DNA from: Octopus vulgaris
Taxonomy: Eukaryota
DNA: 64,000 bases
NCBI GenBank assembly: GCA_951406725.2
Contig: OX597822.1
Span: forward strand, 68,386,001 to 68,450,000
Direction: 5' to 3'
Shown in pieces: positions 38,398 through 51,224 of this stretch. The stretch's first letter is position 1. Every line of letters starts with the position of its first letter. The notes beneath the pieces were generated by a model. That model was not told where the DNA came from. It saw only the letters and a list, made by a program, of their open reading frames with translations, and made no database searches. The translations under genes and the position numbers were made by a program.

Positions 38398-38629
38398 CTG
38401 GGAGGCCCAAAAGTAGGTTTACAGTTATTCAACTATCTCTTTTGCATTGATATATTAACAGTTCAGATCTTAATTATAAAAAATATGCGATCATTATTCT
38501 ATGCTAATTTAGTTAATTTTGTCAAGCTCCCTTTTCAGTTTGTGAGATAGAAATTTAAATGTAATAAAATGTTTTAAAAGAAATTTAAAGTGCCTATATG
38601 ATAACTGTAAACATACTTTGGGCCACCCT
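38398..38629. mobile_element. Tc1/mariner-type MITE, intact, TA-flanked
   Basis: TIRs CTGGGAGGCCCAAAAGTAGGTTTACAGTTAT and ATAACTGTAAACATACTTTGGGCCACCCTG; TA on both sides. Confidence 0.85.
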
Positions 38630-38653
38630 GTATATATATATAAATATATATAT

Positions 38654-38708
<55 letters not shown>

Positions 38709-38817
38709 TAGATATACACACGCACACACATGCACACAAATATTATCTATCTGTCTATCTGTGTATATATATATATCATCATCGTTTAGCGTCCGCTTTC
38801 CATACTAGCATGGGTTG

Positions 38818-38873
<56 letters not shown>

Positions 38874-38937
38874 ATATATTGTCAATGTATCATATGTCCG
38901 AACAGAAGTATGCTCCACAGAACAGAGTAGTAATGTA

Positions 38938-39097
38938 TTTATATGTAGTTAAGTCTGTGTCCAGTCATAGAGGGACCAATGGTTTTGCATCCATAAAGGG
39001 CCAAACCTCATGGGTAGCCCGTCCATGGGCTAGGCCCCTTATAGATGCAACACCATTCGTCACTCTATGACTGCACACAGACTTAACTGCATATAAA
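38938..39097. repeat. Long foldback palindrome (~75-bp arms, tiny loop)
   Basis: TTTATATGTAGTTAAGTCTGTGTCCAGTCATAGAG... pairs with ...CTCTATGACTGCACACAGACTTAACTGCATATAAA. Confidence 0.9.
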
Positions 39098-39098
39098 C

Positions 39099-39140
<42 letters not shown>

Positions 39141-39142
<2 letters not shown>

Positions 39143-41742
39143 TGCTACATATCGCCCTCCAGATGCCCCAAGCCATGTGGGCAAGTTTGAAGACTGCCTT
39201 ATAAAAATAGAAGAAGTTCTAACCACATTAGAACAACACATAAGTGTACTTCTTATGGGAGACTTCAATCTGCCCAATGTCAGATGGCCCGAGGGCCTTT
39301 CTCTCCCAGGAATGACAAGATGTGAACGAGGACAGGCGAGGTCCCTCCTGAACCTCATCAACACCCTGTACATGGAGCAGGTAATACTCCAACCAACCAG
39401 GGCAGGTAACACACTGGATCTCTGCTTCACAAATGACATGGATCTCATCCATAATATGAAAGTGACACCGACACTACTCTCGGATCACAACATGATAGAG
39501 CTGACCATGTACAGGCCAAAAGAGAGCACGGACATGCAGCCTACAAGAAACCCTCAGAATCTTTCCAGCTTGAACTACCATAAGGCAAACTGGAAACAAA
39601 TTGAGAAAGAGATCCTCAAACAAAACTGGCCTAAATGTCTCTCCTCGCCAGACATCGATGTGAAACTTCAACAATTCATGTCTGTAATGCAAGCCATATG
39701 CTACAAATGTGTCCCAGAGAGAAAGGCAACTGTACACAAGAACAAAATCCCCAGAGAGAGGAAAATTTTAATGAGACGGCGTACAAAATTTTCAAATCGC
39801 CTAAACAAACAGATTGAAAGCAGTGAAAAGTCCCGCCTAAAAATAAAACTGTTGGAAATCGAAAAATGTCTGCAACTCTCCCATGAAAAGGAAAGAGCAG
39901 ACAAAGAAGCCTGGGCTATAGACAACATAAAATCTAACCCCAGAGCTTTCTACAGGTATGCCAAAGAAACAGCTACGGTGCACTGTAGAATAGGGCCACT
40001 CCTCGAAAAGGATGGCACACTTACAGGAAAACCAATGAGGGTAAGTGAAATACTGAATGAGCAATTCAAGAGTGTTTTCACTCCACCCCTTGGGCATCTC
40101 CAAATCACCAATCCAACTGACTTTTTTACCACTGCAGATATAAAATCAGAGGCGGCGACGATAGATTACATCGATATAAAGGAAGACGATGTAATCAAGG
40201 CTATAGATGAAATGAAAACAGACTCATCTACTGGCCCCGATGGATTCCCAGCAATCCTCCTAAAAGCATGTAAGAGAGTCCTAGCAAGACCACTGCAGTT
40301 CCTCTTTCAGAGCTTCCTTGCAGCTGGCAAACTTCCAAGAAAACTGAAGGAAGGTAAAATATGCCCCATTCATAAAGGAGGTAGCAGAGCGGAAGCCAAG
40401 AACTATAGACCTATCTCTCTGACCTCACACATCAGCAAGGTCATGGAATGAATAGTCAGAAGGAAGCTGATCACCTTCCTTGAAGAGAATGACTTGCTGC
40501 CCGACACCCAACATGGTTTCCAACCAGGGAGAAGCTGTTTAACTCAGCTCCTACAACACTATGACTGGGTGCTGAAACGGCTGCTCAACCACTCAAATGT
40601 GGAAGTGATATATCTCGACTTTGCAAAGGCCTTTGATAAAGTCGATCATGGAATGATATGTCACAAACTGCGTGATCTCAACATAGTTGGAAAACTGGGA
40701 GAATGGCTTCATGACTTTCTGAAAGATAGTAGTCAGCGGTGTTCCGCAGGGCACTGTTCTGGGACCACTACTGTTCATAATGGCCCTCTCAGACATGCCC
40801 TCAGCCACGCAGAGAGCCACGATCACAAGTTATGCAGATGATACAAAAGTTTCACAGGCAATACAGAACCCTGAGGACACTAAACACCTGCAATGTGAGC
40901 TAGACAAAATATACAAGTGGGCCGAAAAGAATAGCATGCAGTTCAATGCTGAAAAGTTTCAAGCTCTATACTATCAGCATGCAAAACTAAATGCAATACC
41001 CAATGAATACACTGGACCCGGAGGAATAGCAATCCCAGAGGCACAATCAGTGCGTGACCTAGGTATTCACATGAGTGATGACGCGACCTTTCGTGTACAT
41101 GTTGCTAAATTGGCAATGAAATGTAGACGACTGGCCGGATGGATCCTCAGAACCTTTAGAACAAGAGAACAAGAAACCATGATGGTCGTCTGGAGGACAC
41201 TTGTCCTAAGCCACTTTGACTACTGCTCTCAGTTATGGTCACCATCCAGTGTCAAGTTGATCACAGAGCTCGAGGCGATCCAACGTAGCTACACGAAGAA
41301 GATAGCCTCTATGCAGAATGTAAGCTACTGGGAAAGACTCAAGAGATTAAAACTATATTCCCTGGAGCGTAGGCGGGAAAGATATGCCATAATATACATC
41401 TGGAAGATCCTGGAGGGACGTGTTCTGAACTTTGGCATCGAGAGTTACGCAAATGCCAGAACTGGGCGCCACTGCGTGGTTACTAGGACTCCAAACTTGC
41501 CATCAAGATGTAGGACAAGATTCTGTGATAGCCTGGGCTTCTGAGGCCCACAGCTCTTCAATATCCTTCCGAAGAACCTGAGAAACCTGCATGGGGTGGA
41601 TGCAGATGTTTTTAAAATGAAGCTGGATCTCTTCCTGTCAGGTGTCCCAGATGAACCAACTTCACGGCAGGAGGGGCAGATGAGGGCAGCTGCATCGAAC
41701 TCTCTCATGCACCAAATGGCAGTTGCTAGAAAGCTTTCGTGA
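39141..41742 (+). pseudogene. Disrupted ORF2 (APE endonuclease-reverse transcriptase)
   Basis: ORFs 39177..40451, 40494.. and 40780..41544 are one protein broken by TGA stops (40449, 41542; likely CGA>TGA) and a ~47-bp frameshifting deletion near 40737. Confidence 0.9.
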
Positions 41743-41834
41743 AGTGAAACCAAGTAGCAACACCAAATGGCGGTGCCCCAGCATGGCCACAGCTCATAAG
41801 CTGAAACTAGAATCAATCAATCAATCAATCAATC
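39141..41834 (+). mobile_element. CR1-group LINE, 5'-truncated, complete 3' end with (AATC)n tail
   Basis: APE motifs YRPP, GDFN, LDLCFTN, SDH; RT motifs YRPISLTS, QHGF, YLDFAKAFDKV, YADD; 3' UTR to ~41810 followed by AATC repeats. Confidence 0.95.
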
Positions 41835-41852
41835 ATATATATATATATATAT

Positions 41853-41917
<65 letters not shown>

Positions 41918-42704
41918 TAGACAGACAGATAGATAGATATATATACATATATATATATATGTGTGTGTGTGTATGTATATATTGTTGTATTTTGAAATGG
42001 TCATTTTTTTTTTGCCAATGGAGAATGGAGTAAGTGGAGCAAGAACACTCACAAAAAAAAAAATGTCACTGAAGAGGTCACAGACATGTGACGAAAGATT
42101 TCTGGACAATGGACATGAGTTAACATAATAAAATAAGAACAGTAATAAATGAGTGAAGAAAAAAAATATATATATATATATATAGTGCGTGTATTTATTT
42201 GGCAAAAAAAAAAAAGGAAAAAGATGACCATCCCACAAAATACAACTATATCTGTGTCAACACATGATTTCACATCAGGAATCTTGCAAAACAAGTATGC
42301 ATGGAGAACCCTTCAGTGACATTTTTTCAAAAGACAATTTTTCAGATTTTCTGAATTGTTTAACATATTTCAACAAATATCTTTTCACAGGGTAAAAATC
42401 AAATCCTTTTTGTGGTGGGTATAAAAAAAAACATACTTACAAGAGATAGTGGAAAAAGAGTATTGCAGAAGCAGAAAATATCAATTCTATGTTTTTGTTG
42501 GATAATTAACATCATTATAGGAATGATGATGAAATTTAATTACACAGTCAAAGGGTTATAATTGTTAGCAAATATTTGAAGTGAGTATTAAGATATTAAG
42601 GCAATGCATTCAAAATGTATGATTACGCTTGCTGCTATTGCAGTTTTTACAACAATAACCATGCTTCACACATGGTATAGGCAGCGGTAATCAGTGGTGC
42701 ATAC

Positions 42705-42741
<37 letters not shown>

Positions 42742-43012
42742 AGCACACACACAAACAGAACATTAAGGCAATTCACATCAATGAGTTCTCTCTGAAAGTT
42801 TTAATTCAAAATGTTCTCACTAACACTACAAATATTTGAAATTGGTTCTAATCAGATATGTATTTTTTTTAATGTAAATTTGAATTTAAAAAAGGTTGAT
42901 GATAAAAAAAAAAAAAAAACATTGTCTGTCATGTTTACAGAAAATGTGGGTTCATATTCCATGCGTAGTCTTCGATTTTTTTCAATGCAAGGAGATTTTT
43001 AATCCAATATTT

Positions 43013-43335
43013 TTTTTTATTATTTTATTTATGCACCCTTTTCAAGCCTAGCCAGGCTCATGGGCCCAGTTTCCCAGTTTCTTTGGCGTATGTGTTCCCC
43101 CCAGGTGGAAGGGATGCCAGTCCATCACAGCGTTACCCAAGCAACAGGAAGAAAGAGTGAGAGAAAGTTGGTGTGAAAGAGTACAACAGGGGTTGCCACC
43201 ACCCTCTGCCGGAGCCTCGTAGAGCTTTAGGTGTTTTCGCTCAATAAACACACACAATGCCCGGTCTGGGAATCGAAACCGCGATCCTCCGACCACGAGT
43301 CCGCTGCCCTAACCACTGGGCCATTGTGCCTCCAC
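43013..43335 (-). mobile_element. SINE family B (tail 3) with 12-bp TSD
   Basis: TSD AATCCAATATTT at 43001 and 43336; family B head and body. Confidence 0.9.
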
Positions 43336-44829
43336 AATCCAATATTTACATGCTACTATTAATAGCTTCATCTGCTTCAAGTTTCACCGTTCCAAAAAAA
43401 GAATTGTCAAAAAGCTTTTAGGCACAACTGATTCTGTCAAAGGGAAGATTGTTTGAACATTTTGTTTTAAAAGTGGCCCCTCATATAAATGTTTAAAATG
43501 AAGAAATTGTACAAAATTGATGTATAACAATGAACAAGTAATAACAAAACAGGAAACCAAACTAGCTGTGCAATAATGACAGTATGTAGGAGTATATATA
43601 AATACTGGTGAATATTTCTCTCTGAAATTATATCCAAGTTCATTTGGTATCACATTGACAGAGAAGGAAAATATCGAAATATCCTGAGAGTGAAAACATC
43701 CAAATATTCCTGGCTACCTGAAAAGCATTGTTTCAAAATTCAGAAATGCCAGCTTTTGTTAGGCTTTTTTTTATATTTAAAACAAAATTCTTCTTTATTT
43801 CTCAATTTAATTTTTTTTTTTTTATTATTTAAATTGTTTTGAAGAAATAAGTAATATTTACTAGAAACTGTGATAAAGAAAATTGCTGAGGTTCAAGTCT
43901 TAGAAAATGGTAGTTTTTTTAATCTTATTTTTTGTTGTTTATTGAATTTTTTCATTTTCCATTTTATTATTTTTCTGATTTCCATATTTCGTTTTTTTTT
44001 TCTTACAAAGTGGACGGAGCATTATAATAACTGAGATTTGTTGCCATAAATAAACCAGCAAATGAGGGACTTGGAATCAAATCTACAGAGTTTGTTTTTT
44101 TAAGCTGGTAGAAAACACCAATGTTTATTAAAGATTGAATATAGCAACATTGTGTAAGTATTACACATGATGAAAAGTCTGAAACAGTATTTTTTTTTTA
44201 ATCCTTCTCGTTTTTATTTAAAATGCATATCAACAATACATAAACTGTTAGAGAAGGAATTGCATTATAAAATTCATTCGAATGATGATGATGATGATGA
44301 TGATGATAACGACGACGACGGCGGTGGTGGTGGTGATGATGATGACGACGATGACGACATTGATGATGATGACAATGACAGTGATTTCATTGGGGTATTT
44401 AACCTTGGTGTTTTCAGTATTTAGCTCATCCACATCTATTGGCTACCAGACAAAGGTGTATTCTACCAAGTAAATGGCTGAAAATCCACAAGTATGCATG
44501 GAGTCATTATAATGACAAATAAAAAAAAAAATGAAGTGGGAAAGTCATTTTGCTATTCCAATTTACAATTGTTTCATCTTAATTCAAACAATCAATCTTG
44601 CAACATTATATAATAATACATTCAACTATTCATCACTTCCCATGTGTCATTCTGGTTAACAAATGTTGAATAAGATTGTTCAGAATCACATATGAAGTAT
44701 TACTAGCTACCACAACTGCTTCACAAACAGTTCCCCAACTTTCTTTACACCACTTAAAAATCACCATTTCAATACATCCATACATCTATTTTTACCACCC
44801 ACTATTTCTGAAAAGGTTGTAGAGATTAG

Positions 44830-45290
44830 AATCCTCAGACACCTCCTCTATATAGTCTTCTCCAAAGCAACTGTCGTTAAGCTTTCTGGCTAGATTTCCA
44901 AGTGTAACCAACTAGGACTATGGATAATATCAAACCATCTAGTTCTTGGTCTACCTTTAGGTCTCCTACCAGCTGGTTAAACTTGAAGAATTTGTTATGC
45001 AGTCCTTTACTATGAAATTCTAACATGTCTGTAGTACTGAAACTATGACCTCTCAATGGAAAGAAGTGGCTCATTCTGGAGAGACTACCTGATCTCTGAT
45101 CTCATGCTGTCAAGTAATCTTACTCCACAGATCCCTTCGAGGAATCCCACTTTGGCCCCTTGTACTCTTTTGGTCCTTACAAGACACTCACACATAAAGG
45201 AAGAAAGTGAAAATGCTATTACAAACCTCAAGAAAGGAACCATGGAATAAGTTCCATAAAAACAGAACAAAGGTGTTCAGAATTCAGTCT
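44830..45290 (-). mobile_element. RTE-clade LINE C-terminal fragment, degenerate
   Basis: 'PAGRRPKGRPRTRWFDII' on the minus strand at ~44925-44975. Confidence 0.6.
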
Positions 45291-45309
45291 CAGGTAACAA
45301 TAATAATAA

Positions 45310-45691
45310 TAATAATCCTTTCATCTAAAGGCACAAGGCCTTTACCAGTCTAATGCAATGATACTCATTTCAAATTTTGGCACAAAGCCAGCAATTTTAG
45401 GGATGGTGGTAAATCAACTACATTGACAACCTAACAATTCTGCTAGCTCTCCACCTTAATAATTCTTTCTACTAAAGGCGCAAGACCTGAAATTTCTTGG
45501 GTAGGGGCTAAGTCAATTACATCGCCCCCAATGAAACACTGGTACTTAATTTATTGACCCCCGAAAGGATGAAAGGCAAAGTCAACCTCAGTGGAATTTG
45601 AACTCAGAATGCAAAGACAGAGGAAATGCTACCAAGCATTTTACCTGGCATGTTAATGGTTCTGCCAGTTCACCACCTTTCACCACCTTCC

Positions 45692-45731
<40 letters not shown>

Positions 45732-45920
45732 TTTTTTCTTTCTACAACAGGCACAAGGCCTTAAATATTCAAGGAGGGGTCTTGCCAATCACATCAAACC
45801 CAGTAATCAACCCCATGAAGATAAAAGGCATGGTTGACCTTAACAGAATTTGAACTCAGAATGTAAAGAGCCAAAAATAAAAATGCTGCTACACATTTTT
45901 TTTCTGACATGCTTACAATT
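45310..45920 (-). mobile_element. Cluster of SINE family D copies
   Basis: Repeated GGCACAAGGCC..., GAAAGGCAAAGTCAACCTC and GAATTTGAACTCAGAATG motifs. Confidence 0.7.
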
Positions 45921-46027
45921 CTGCTCATGACATGACAATTCAGTGCAAGGCATCTTATTGAACTTAGATAAAGGTTATTTTTGTGATGAAGAAAAAAGAT
46001 GAAAAATTTTAATTATTTACTTAAAAA

Positions 46028-46336
46028 CATGTTAAGATACTTTTCATCGACAACCGGTGATTGTCACATGCTGATGACGGGTCAATACCCAGAAACTCAA
46101 GTCCATGTGTATCATATCAGGTTGAAGATGGGAAGGATGGCTTCCCTTTGCAAATACTGATAGGGCACAGAAATTGTGTCAACAGCCAGCTGGAGGAGGT
46201 GTCCTCCTGGGGCTACGAGCTACAGTAGCATCCACCCTTAAGGGTTAGCCACATTTAAATAGCAAATATACTTCACGATGTCATGCAGCTATTGTTTATA
46301 CCTCGCTCAGAGATTTATTATTGCATGTTAAGATAA
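46028..46336 (+). mobile_element. ~300-bp hammerhead-containing cassette bounded by a 12-bp direct repeat
   Basis: CATGTTAAGATA at both ends; homologous to the 15624-16045 unit (GATGGGA, TCCTGGGGCTA, CTCGCTCAGAGATTTA). Confidence 0.65.
46065..46109 (+). ncRNA. Type-I hammerhead ribozyme motif
   Basis: CACAUG-CUGAUGA-C-GGGU CAAU ACCC-A-GAAAC-UCAA-GUC-CAUGUG. Perfect 6-bp stem I; the base of stem II is a C.A mismatch. Confidence 0.7.
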
Positions 46337-48432
46337 AAAATACAAAAAGAATTTTAAATGCTACATGCACTGAATTATCTAGTGCTGAATTTCCGGCACT
46401 GAACTGTTGATGCTGAATTGTCAAGTGCTGAGTTGTTGGTACTCCAACTCCACCAGCTCACTGCCTTATCCAGTACAATAATAATAATTGTTTTAAGTAT
46501 AGGCACAAGGCTTAAAATTCCAGAAAAGAGGGGGTTAAATCAGTACTTGATAAATACTTTATTTTATCTATGAACCTTGAAAGGATAAAAAAGTAAATCT
46601 AATCTCAGTAGGAATTGAACTCAGAATGTAAACATCCAAAGCAAATAACACAAAGCATATCCACTACCCTATTATTTTTAACATAGACACAAGGCTGGGA
46701 AGTCTGGGAAAGGAACTAGTCAATTAAAATCATCCAGTGTATCACTGGTGCTTATTTTATTGATCATGGAAGAATGAAAGGCAAAGACAATCATGATGGG
46801 ATTTGAATACTTTGACTAGATTGAAATAATGAGAGGGTATTGATGTTAAGTCCTGATTAAACAGGTTTATGATCAAATGTATTCCATCCTTGGCTTCCTC
46901 ATTTTTTTGCATATCAAGGACATTGTCCAATGCTGTCCTCTTTTTTTAAGGTGGTAGGGTATGGTTTAAGTAAATCTGGCTGCAATTTCTAACAGGTTGA
47001 ATGACCTTATAGAGGCCACCTAATAGTGTTGTGTGGTGGTGCCATGAAAATAGAAAGCTATACTGTACATGCATGTACAGTATAGTTTCTATGTGTATGT
47101 GCATTTGTTGTTGAGTGGTCAGTAACTAAATCAGCCCTCTTCTAAGGTTGTTCTATAAAAGAACAACCTCAGGAGATATTGACCATCTGAGGTGATAATG
47201 GGTTTGCATAGAATCAACACTACCACCTAGAAAAAAATCAGTTGCTAAATTCAAAACCAGCAGGTGTTGGGAGAGGAAAGCCTCCCCCTGGAGAAACATA
47301 TGATGTGGTGGAGCAACTTGGATTAAGATGTTAACCGCCAAGGCTTGTAACTGAAACATACCAGTGACACCACATATCTCACATGCTCTCAGAGTAGTAA
47401 CAGATGTGATAGAAGGAAATGAGTGTGTGTTCAGCTTCTTTGATATTTTGCACTCATGTTATTTAAATATCGCTGAAACCATATCAAAGATACAGAATAA
47501 ATCATTTTCTCAAATTATGAAAATGTACCACTGGTCGTGCATATAGCAGTTGTGTGAAGTTTATGATGAACCACTGGTGGTACATGTGGCAGTTAAGGTG
47601 TCAAAACCTGTAAAAAGCAGATGGACTCACTGAGAACCAACAGCAGCTTTGTCCATCTTGAGAACAAGACGGGTACCCCCAGGATTACCAAACACAATGC
47701 AACACTTGAATGGAAGTTACACCAATATGTGGCCTAGGCCCAAAACCAAGAGGAATCAAAAAGATTGGTTAAAAAAAAAATCAGTGATGGTGGAAATGTT
47801 ATGGGGATGACTAGTATATTATGAAGAATTCTTGTTTCTGTTGCTGAGTAGCCTTTAATCAAGTCTCCTTTGAGCAAGAAGACCAACACAACACACAGGT
47901 AGATAACTGACCACATCTTGGAGCATCCATTCTCTTTAATCTTTTACTTTTTTCAGTCATTTGACTGTGGTTGTGTATTAGATAGCATCCAGCATCCAAT
48001 CGAGGTCAGGTTTGCTTTTCATCTTTTCAGGGTTGCAGGTTGATGGAACTCTAAGAACATCAGGCTACTATATACATTGCAATATTTGTTCTGGCTCTTT
48101 ATATTCTGAGGTCAAATCCTGCCACAGCCTTCTTGGATGGCAGACTCAATAAATCACCTCAGTTAACATCCCTTCCACCCCTATTATGGACGGGAAACCT
48201 TAGGTAATCCCATAAACCAGCCTTCCCCATTTGTAATATATTATATATATATGTGTGTGTGTGTGTGTGTAAAGAGATTTGCATGTTACCTCCCTTGGCC
48301 CATATCTTAGGACACCACTGGAATTGAATGTCTTGCATGCAGCACAGCATGAACTAAGGGCTATCAATCAACTTTGACCTTGGGCTTTTGTAAGTTTCTG
48401 ATTGGTTCACTTCACTACTCAATTGTTTGTTT

Positions 48433-48510
<78 letters not shown>

Positions 48511-48606
48511 ATATATATATATATATATATAAATGTAACTACAAGTGGATTGTTGGCAATTTTTTTCCTCTGTCTTCCTTTTCTCTTGGACTTTCCTTCA
48601 TCTCCC

Positions 48607-48641
48607 GTTTCTGAAGAAGAGCTTTGCTCGAAACATAAAAC
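48607..48641 (+). ncRNA. Minimal hammerhead-like motif (short stem II family), CpG-decayed
   Basis: GUUU-CUGAAGA-A-GAGC UUU GCUC-GAAAC-AUA-AAAC. Confidence 0.55.
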
Positions 48642-49049
48642 ACCTTTTCTTTCCTTCCCTGAGTGTCTTATTAATACTTTGCATGTACCACATTTTCGTG
48701 TTATTGTTTTTTTCTTGTGAAAAATCATTTGTAAAAAGCATAAATCTGAAAGAAGAAGCACACTCTAAGATGTAGAGCAGTATACATTAAAAATGGGATT
48801 ACCTTAGGTTTCCTGTCCATGGGGGATTAACTATATATATATATATATATAATTACAAGAGTAAAAAAGAGAGACAGAGACAGACAGAAAAAAGGAAAAT
48901 GTCCCTTGTATTTGAAAATATGGAAATTTTAAAAAAAACATTTCATTTAATTTTTCCACAATTTAATTGTTTTTCATGCTTTACTCTAAGTTGAAAAAAT
49001 TGCAAAGACTTTTATGGCAAAATATACACCTAATTCAATAAAATATGTT

Positions 49050-49240
49050 GTCTCCCCAACATCACTTGACAAGCAATGTTGGTGTGTTTACGTCCCCGTA
49101 ACTTAGCAGTTCAGCAAAAGAGACAGATAGAATAAGTACTAGGCTTACAAAGAATAAGTCCTAGGGTCGATTTGCTCAAGTAAAGGAGGTGCTCCAGTAT
49201 GGCCACAGTCAAATGACTGAAACAAGTAAAAAAGTAAAAG
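49050..49240 (+). mobile_element. SINE family A, 3' half
   Basis: Similarity to 3300-3490. Confidence 0.8.
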
Positions 49241-49799
49241 AGTATAATTCGGCCCTGCTTTTCAATCTCAGTATTTAAGCTACACAATGTACAGCTGTAG
49301 TACATGTGCTGCGTATACTCCTACAACACCATTTTCTTTATGTGCTATAAAGGCAGAAGTAAATCTGCCTTCAACTCAGTCACATGGCCGTGTTTCACTT
49401 ATTCTTTTTGTGTTTTTCCTTCAGTTTTAACTCATTTCCATTTACTTCCATTTTTTCCCCTTTCCAGCAATGGATAATGACTATCTTTATATATTTTTAT
49501 CCTTTTATCCGCTGACGAATCTTTTGTTGATAATTTACTGCATGAAGGTCACCAACAGCCTACCCTGAGTAATTACTGACGTCATATGCCTGTTACCATT
49601 CCGGGAAGGCTCATGGGAGTCAAATCCTCTTGCGCTTCCATTACATAGCTGTATCAGAAACAACTGTCATTAAACTTTCCTGCTGGTTTCCTGAAACTGA
49701 CCAACTGAGGTCATTTTTTTTACTCTTTCATTTGTTCCAGTCTTTGGACAAGCTGAGACACTGCCTTGAAGAATTTTTAGTCAAATGAATTGACCCTAT

Positions 49800-50200
49800 C
49801 ATCATCATCATCATCATCATTTAACACCTATTGTCCATTCTGGCATGGGTTGGACGGTTTAACCTGGGCAGGTAAGCTGGAAGGCTGCACCAGACTCCAG
49901 TCTGATTTGGCATGGTTTTCTATGGCTGGATGCCCTTCCTAACACCAACCACTCCAAGAGTGTGGTGAGTGCTTTTATGTGCCACTGGCATCGGTGCCAT
50001 TTGTGTGATACGAGTATCTGCCACGCCTGTGATTTTGCCCAGTTTGATGGGTCTTCTTTGCAAGCATGACATAATGCCAAAGGTCTGTCATTACCTCTAT
50101 AAGGCCCAACATTTGAAAGGAATTCAGCCACTTTGCCTCCGTGAAGCCCAATACTTGAAAGGTGCTCTTTATGTGCCACCAGCAGAGGTGCCAGTTACAT
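49800..50200 (-). mobile_element. Family E retroposon
   Basis: (CAT)n then GGCATGGGTTGGACGGTT...GGATGCCCTTCCTAACACCAACC. Confidence 0.75.
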
Positions 50201-50209
50201 GGTATTTTT

Positions 50210-50480
50210 TTAAAGCCTGGTACTTATTCTATCGGTGTCTTTTGCTGAAATGCTTGGTTATAGGGATGTAAACACACTAACGCCGGTTGTCAAGCAGTTA
50301 GTGGGGGCAGGGGGAAACACACACAAACACGACAGGTTTCTTTCAGTTTCCATGTACAAAATCCACTCACAAGGGTTTGGTCAGTCTGAGGTAATAGTAG
50401 AAGACACTTTACCAAGGTGCTACACAGTGAGATTGAACCCAAAACAATGTGATTGGGAATCAAACTTCTTTCCACAAAGC
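50210..50480 (-). mobile_element. SINE family A, degenerate
   Basis: Similarity to the family A reverse complement. Confidence 0.7.
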
Positions 50481-51224
50481 AATGCCTTCCAGCCATCTCA
50501 CTTGTGTTCTACCCCTAGGCCTCCTGCCCAGTTGGCCCAACTTGAAGAATCTGACTTGCAATCCTTTCCTTTGGAATTCCAACCCCATGTTCCTGGTACC
50601 AAAACTGCCCATATTTTGGATTAGTGTAAACATCAACTAGATCTTACGTCCTCAAGTCCAAGTAGTCATAGAGTTGGTTTCCAACTTCCATGGTGTCTAA
50701 GTGGCCAACGCTATTGAATGGAACACTATTATATTGCAAGGTTGCTCATTTATAACTGAGTGGACATGAGCAGCATAAAACAAAGTGTTTTGTTCAAGAA
50801 CACAATGCACTACCTGCTCCAGGAATTGAAACTGTGAGCTTTCAATCATGAGGGCAAAACAACTAGGCCATGCACCTCTACTGAATTAGTGAACAAAAGA
50901 GTGAATTTTCTACAGCCCTTAATGGACAGAATCAGTTATGACCATACATGACAGAGCTAGCTCTTTGAATAACAGATTCAATCCATCCAATAGGCTTCCA
51001 AATGATTTCCATCTGTCCAGTTTCAGTCTCCAGACTTGAGTTGATCTTCATCCAAAGCTATGCTTAAAAGACCACATTCCCAGGCAGAGTGGGCGGACTG
51101 GGTGCAGTTGTTTGGATATTGGCAGTTTGGCATAGCTGACAGGACACTGAACTGGTCTTGGATGTGGTGGTGGACACACACACACGCATATGTATATACA
51201 CATACACACACTCATATATTCTTT

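Noticed and set aside
44281-44380. Poly-Asp ORF 44167..44424
   Set aside because: (GAT/GAC/GGT)n microsatellite with no splice or coding context.
47120-47740. Possible decayed LINE fragment
   Set aside because: Composition is suggestive but I could not read a diagnostic motif.
49505-49680. Possible hammerhead (CTGACGA ... GAAACAACTGTC)
   Set aside because: No convincing stem I and very long spacing; at best a heavily decayed relic.
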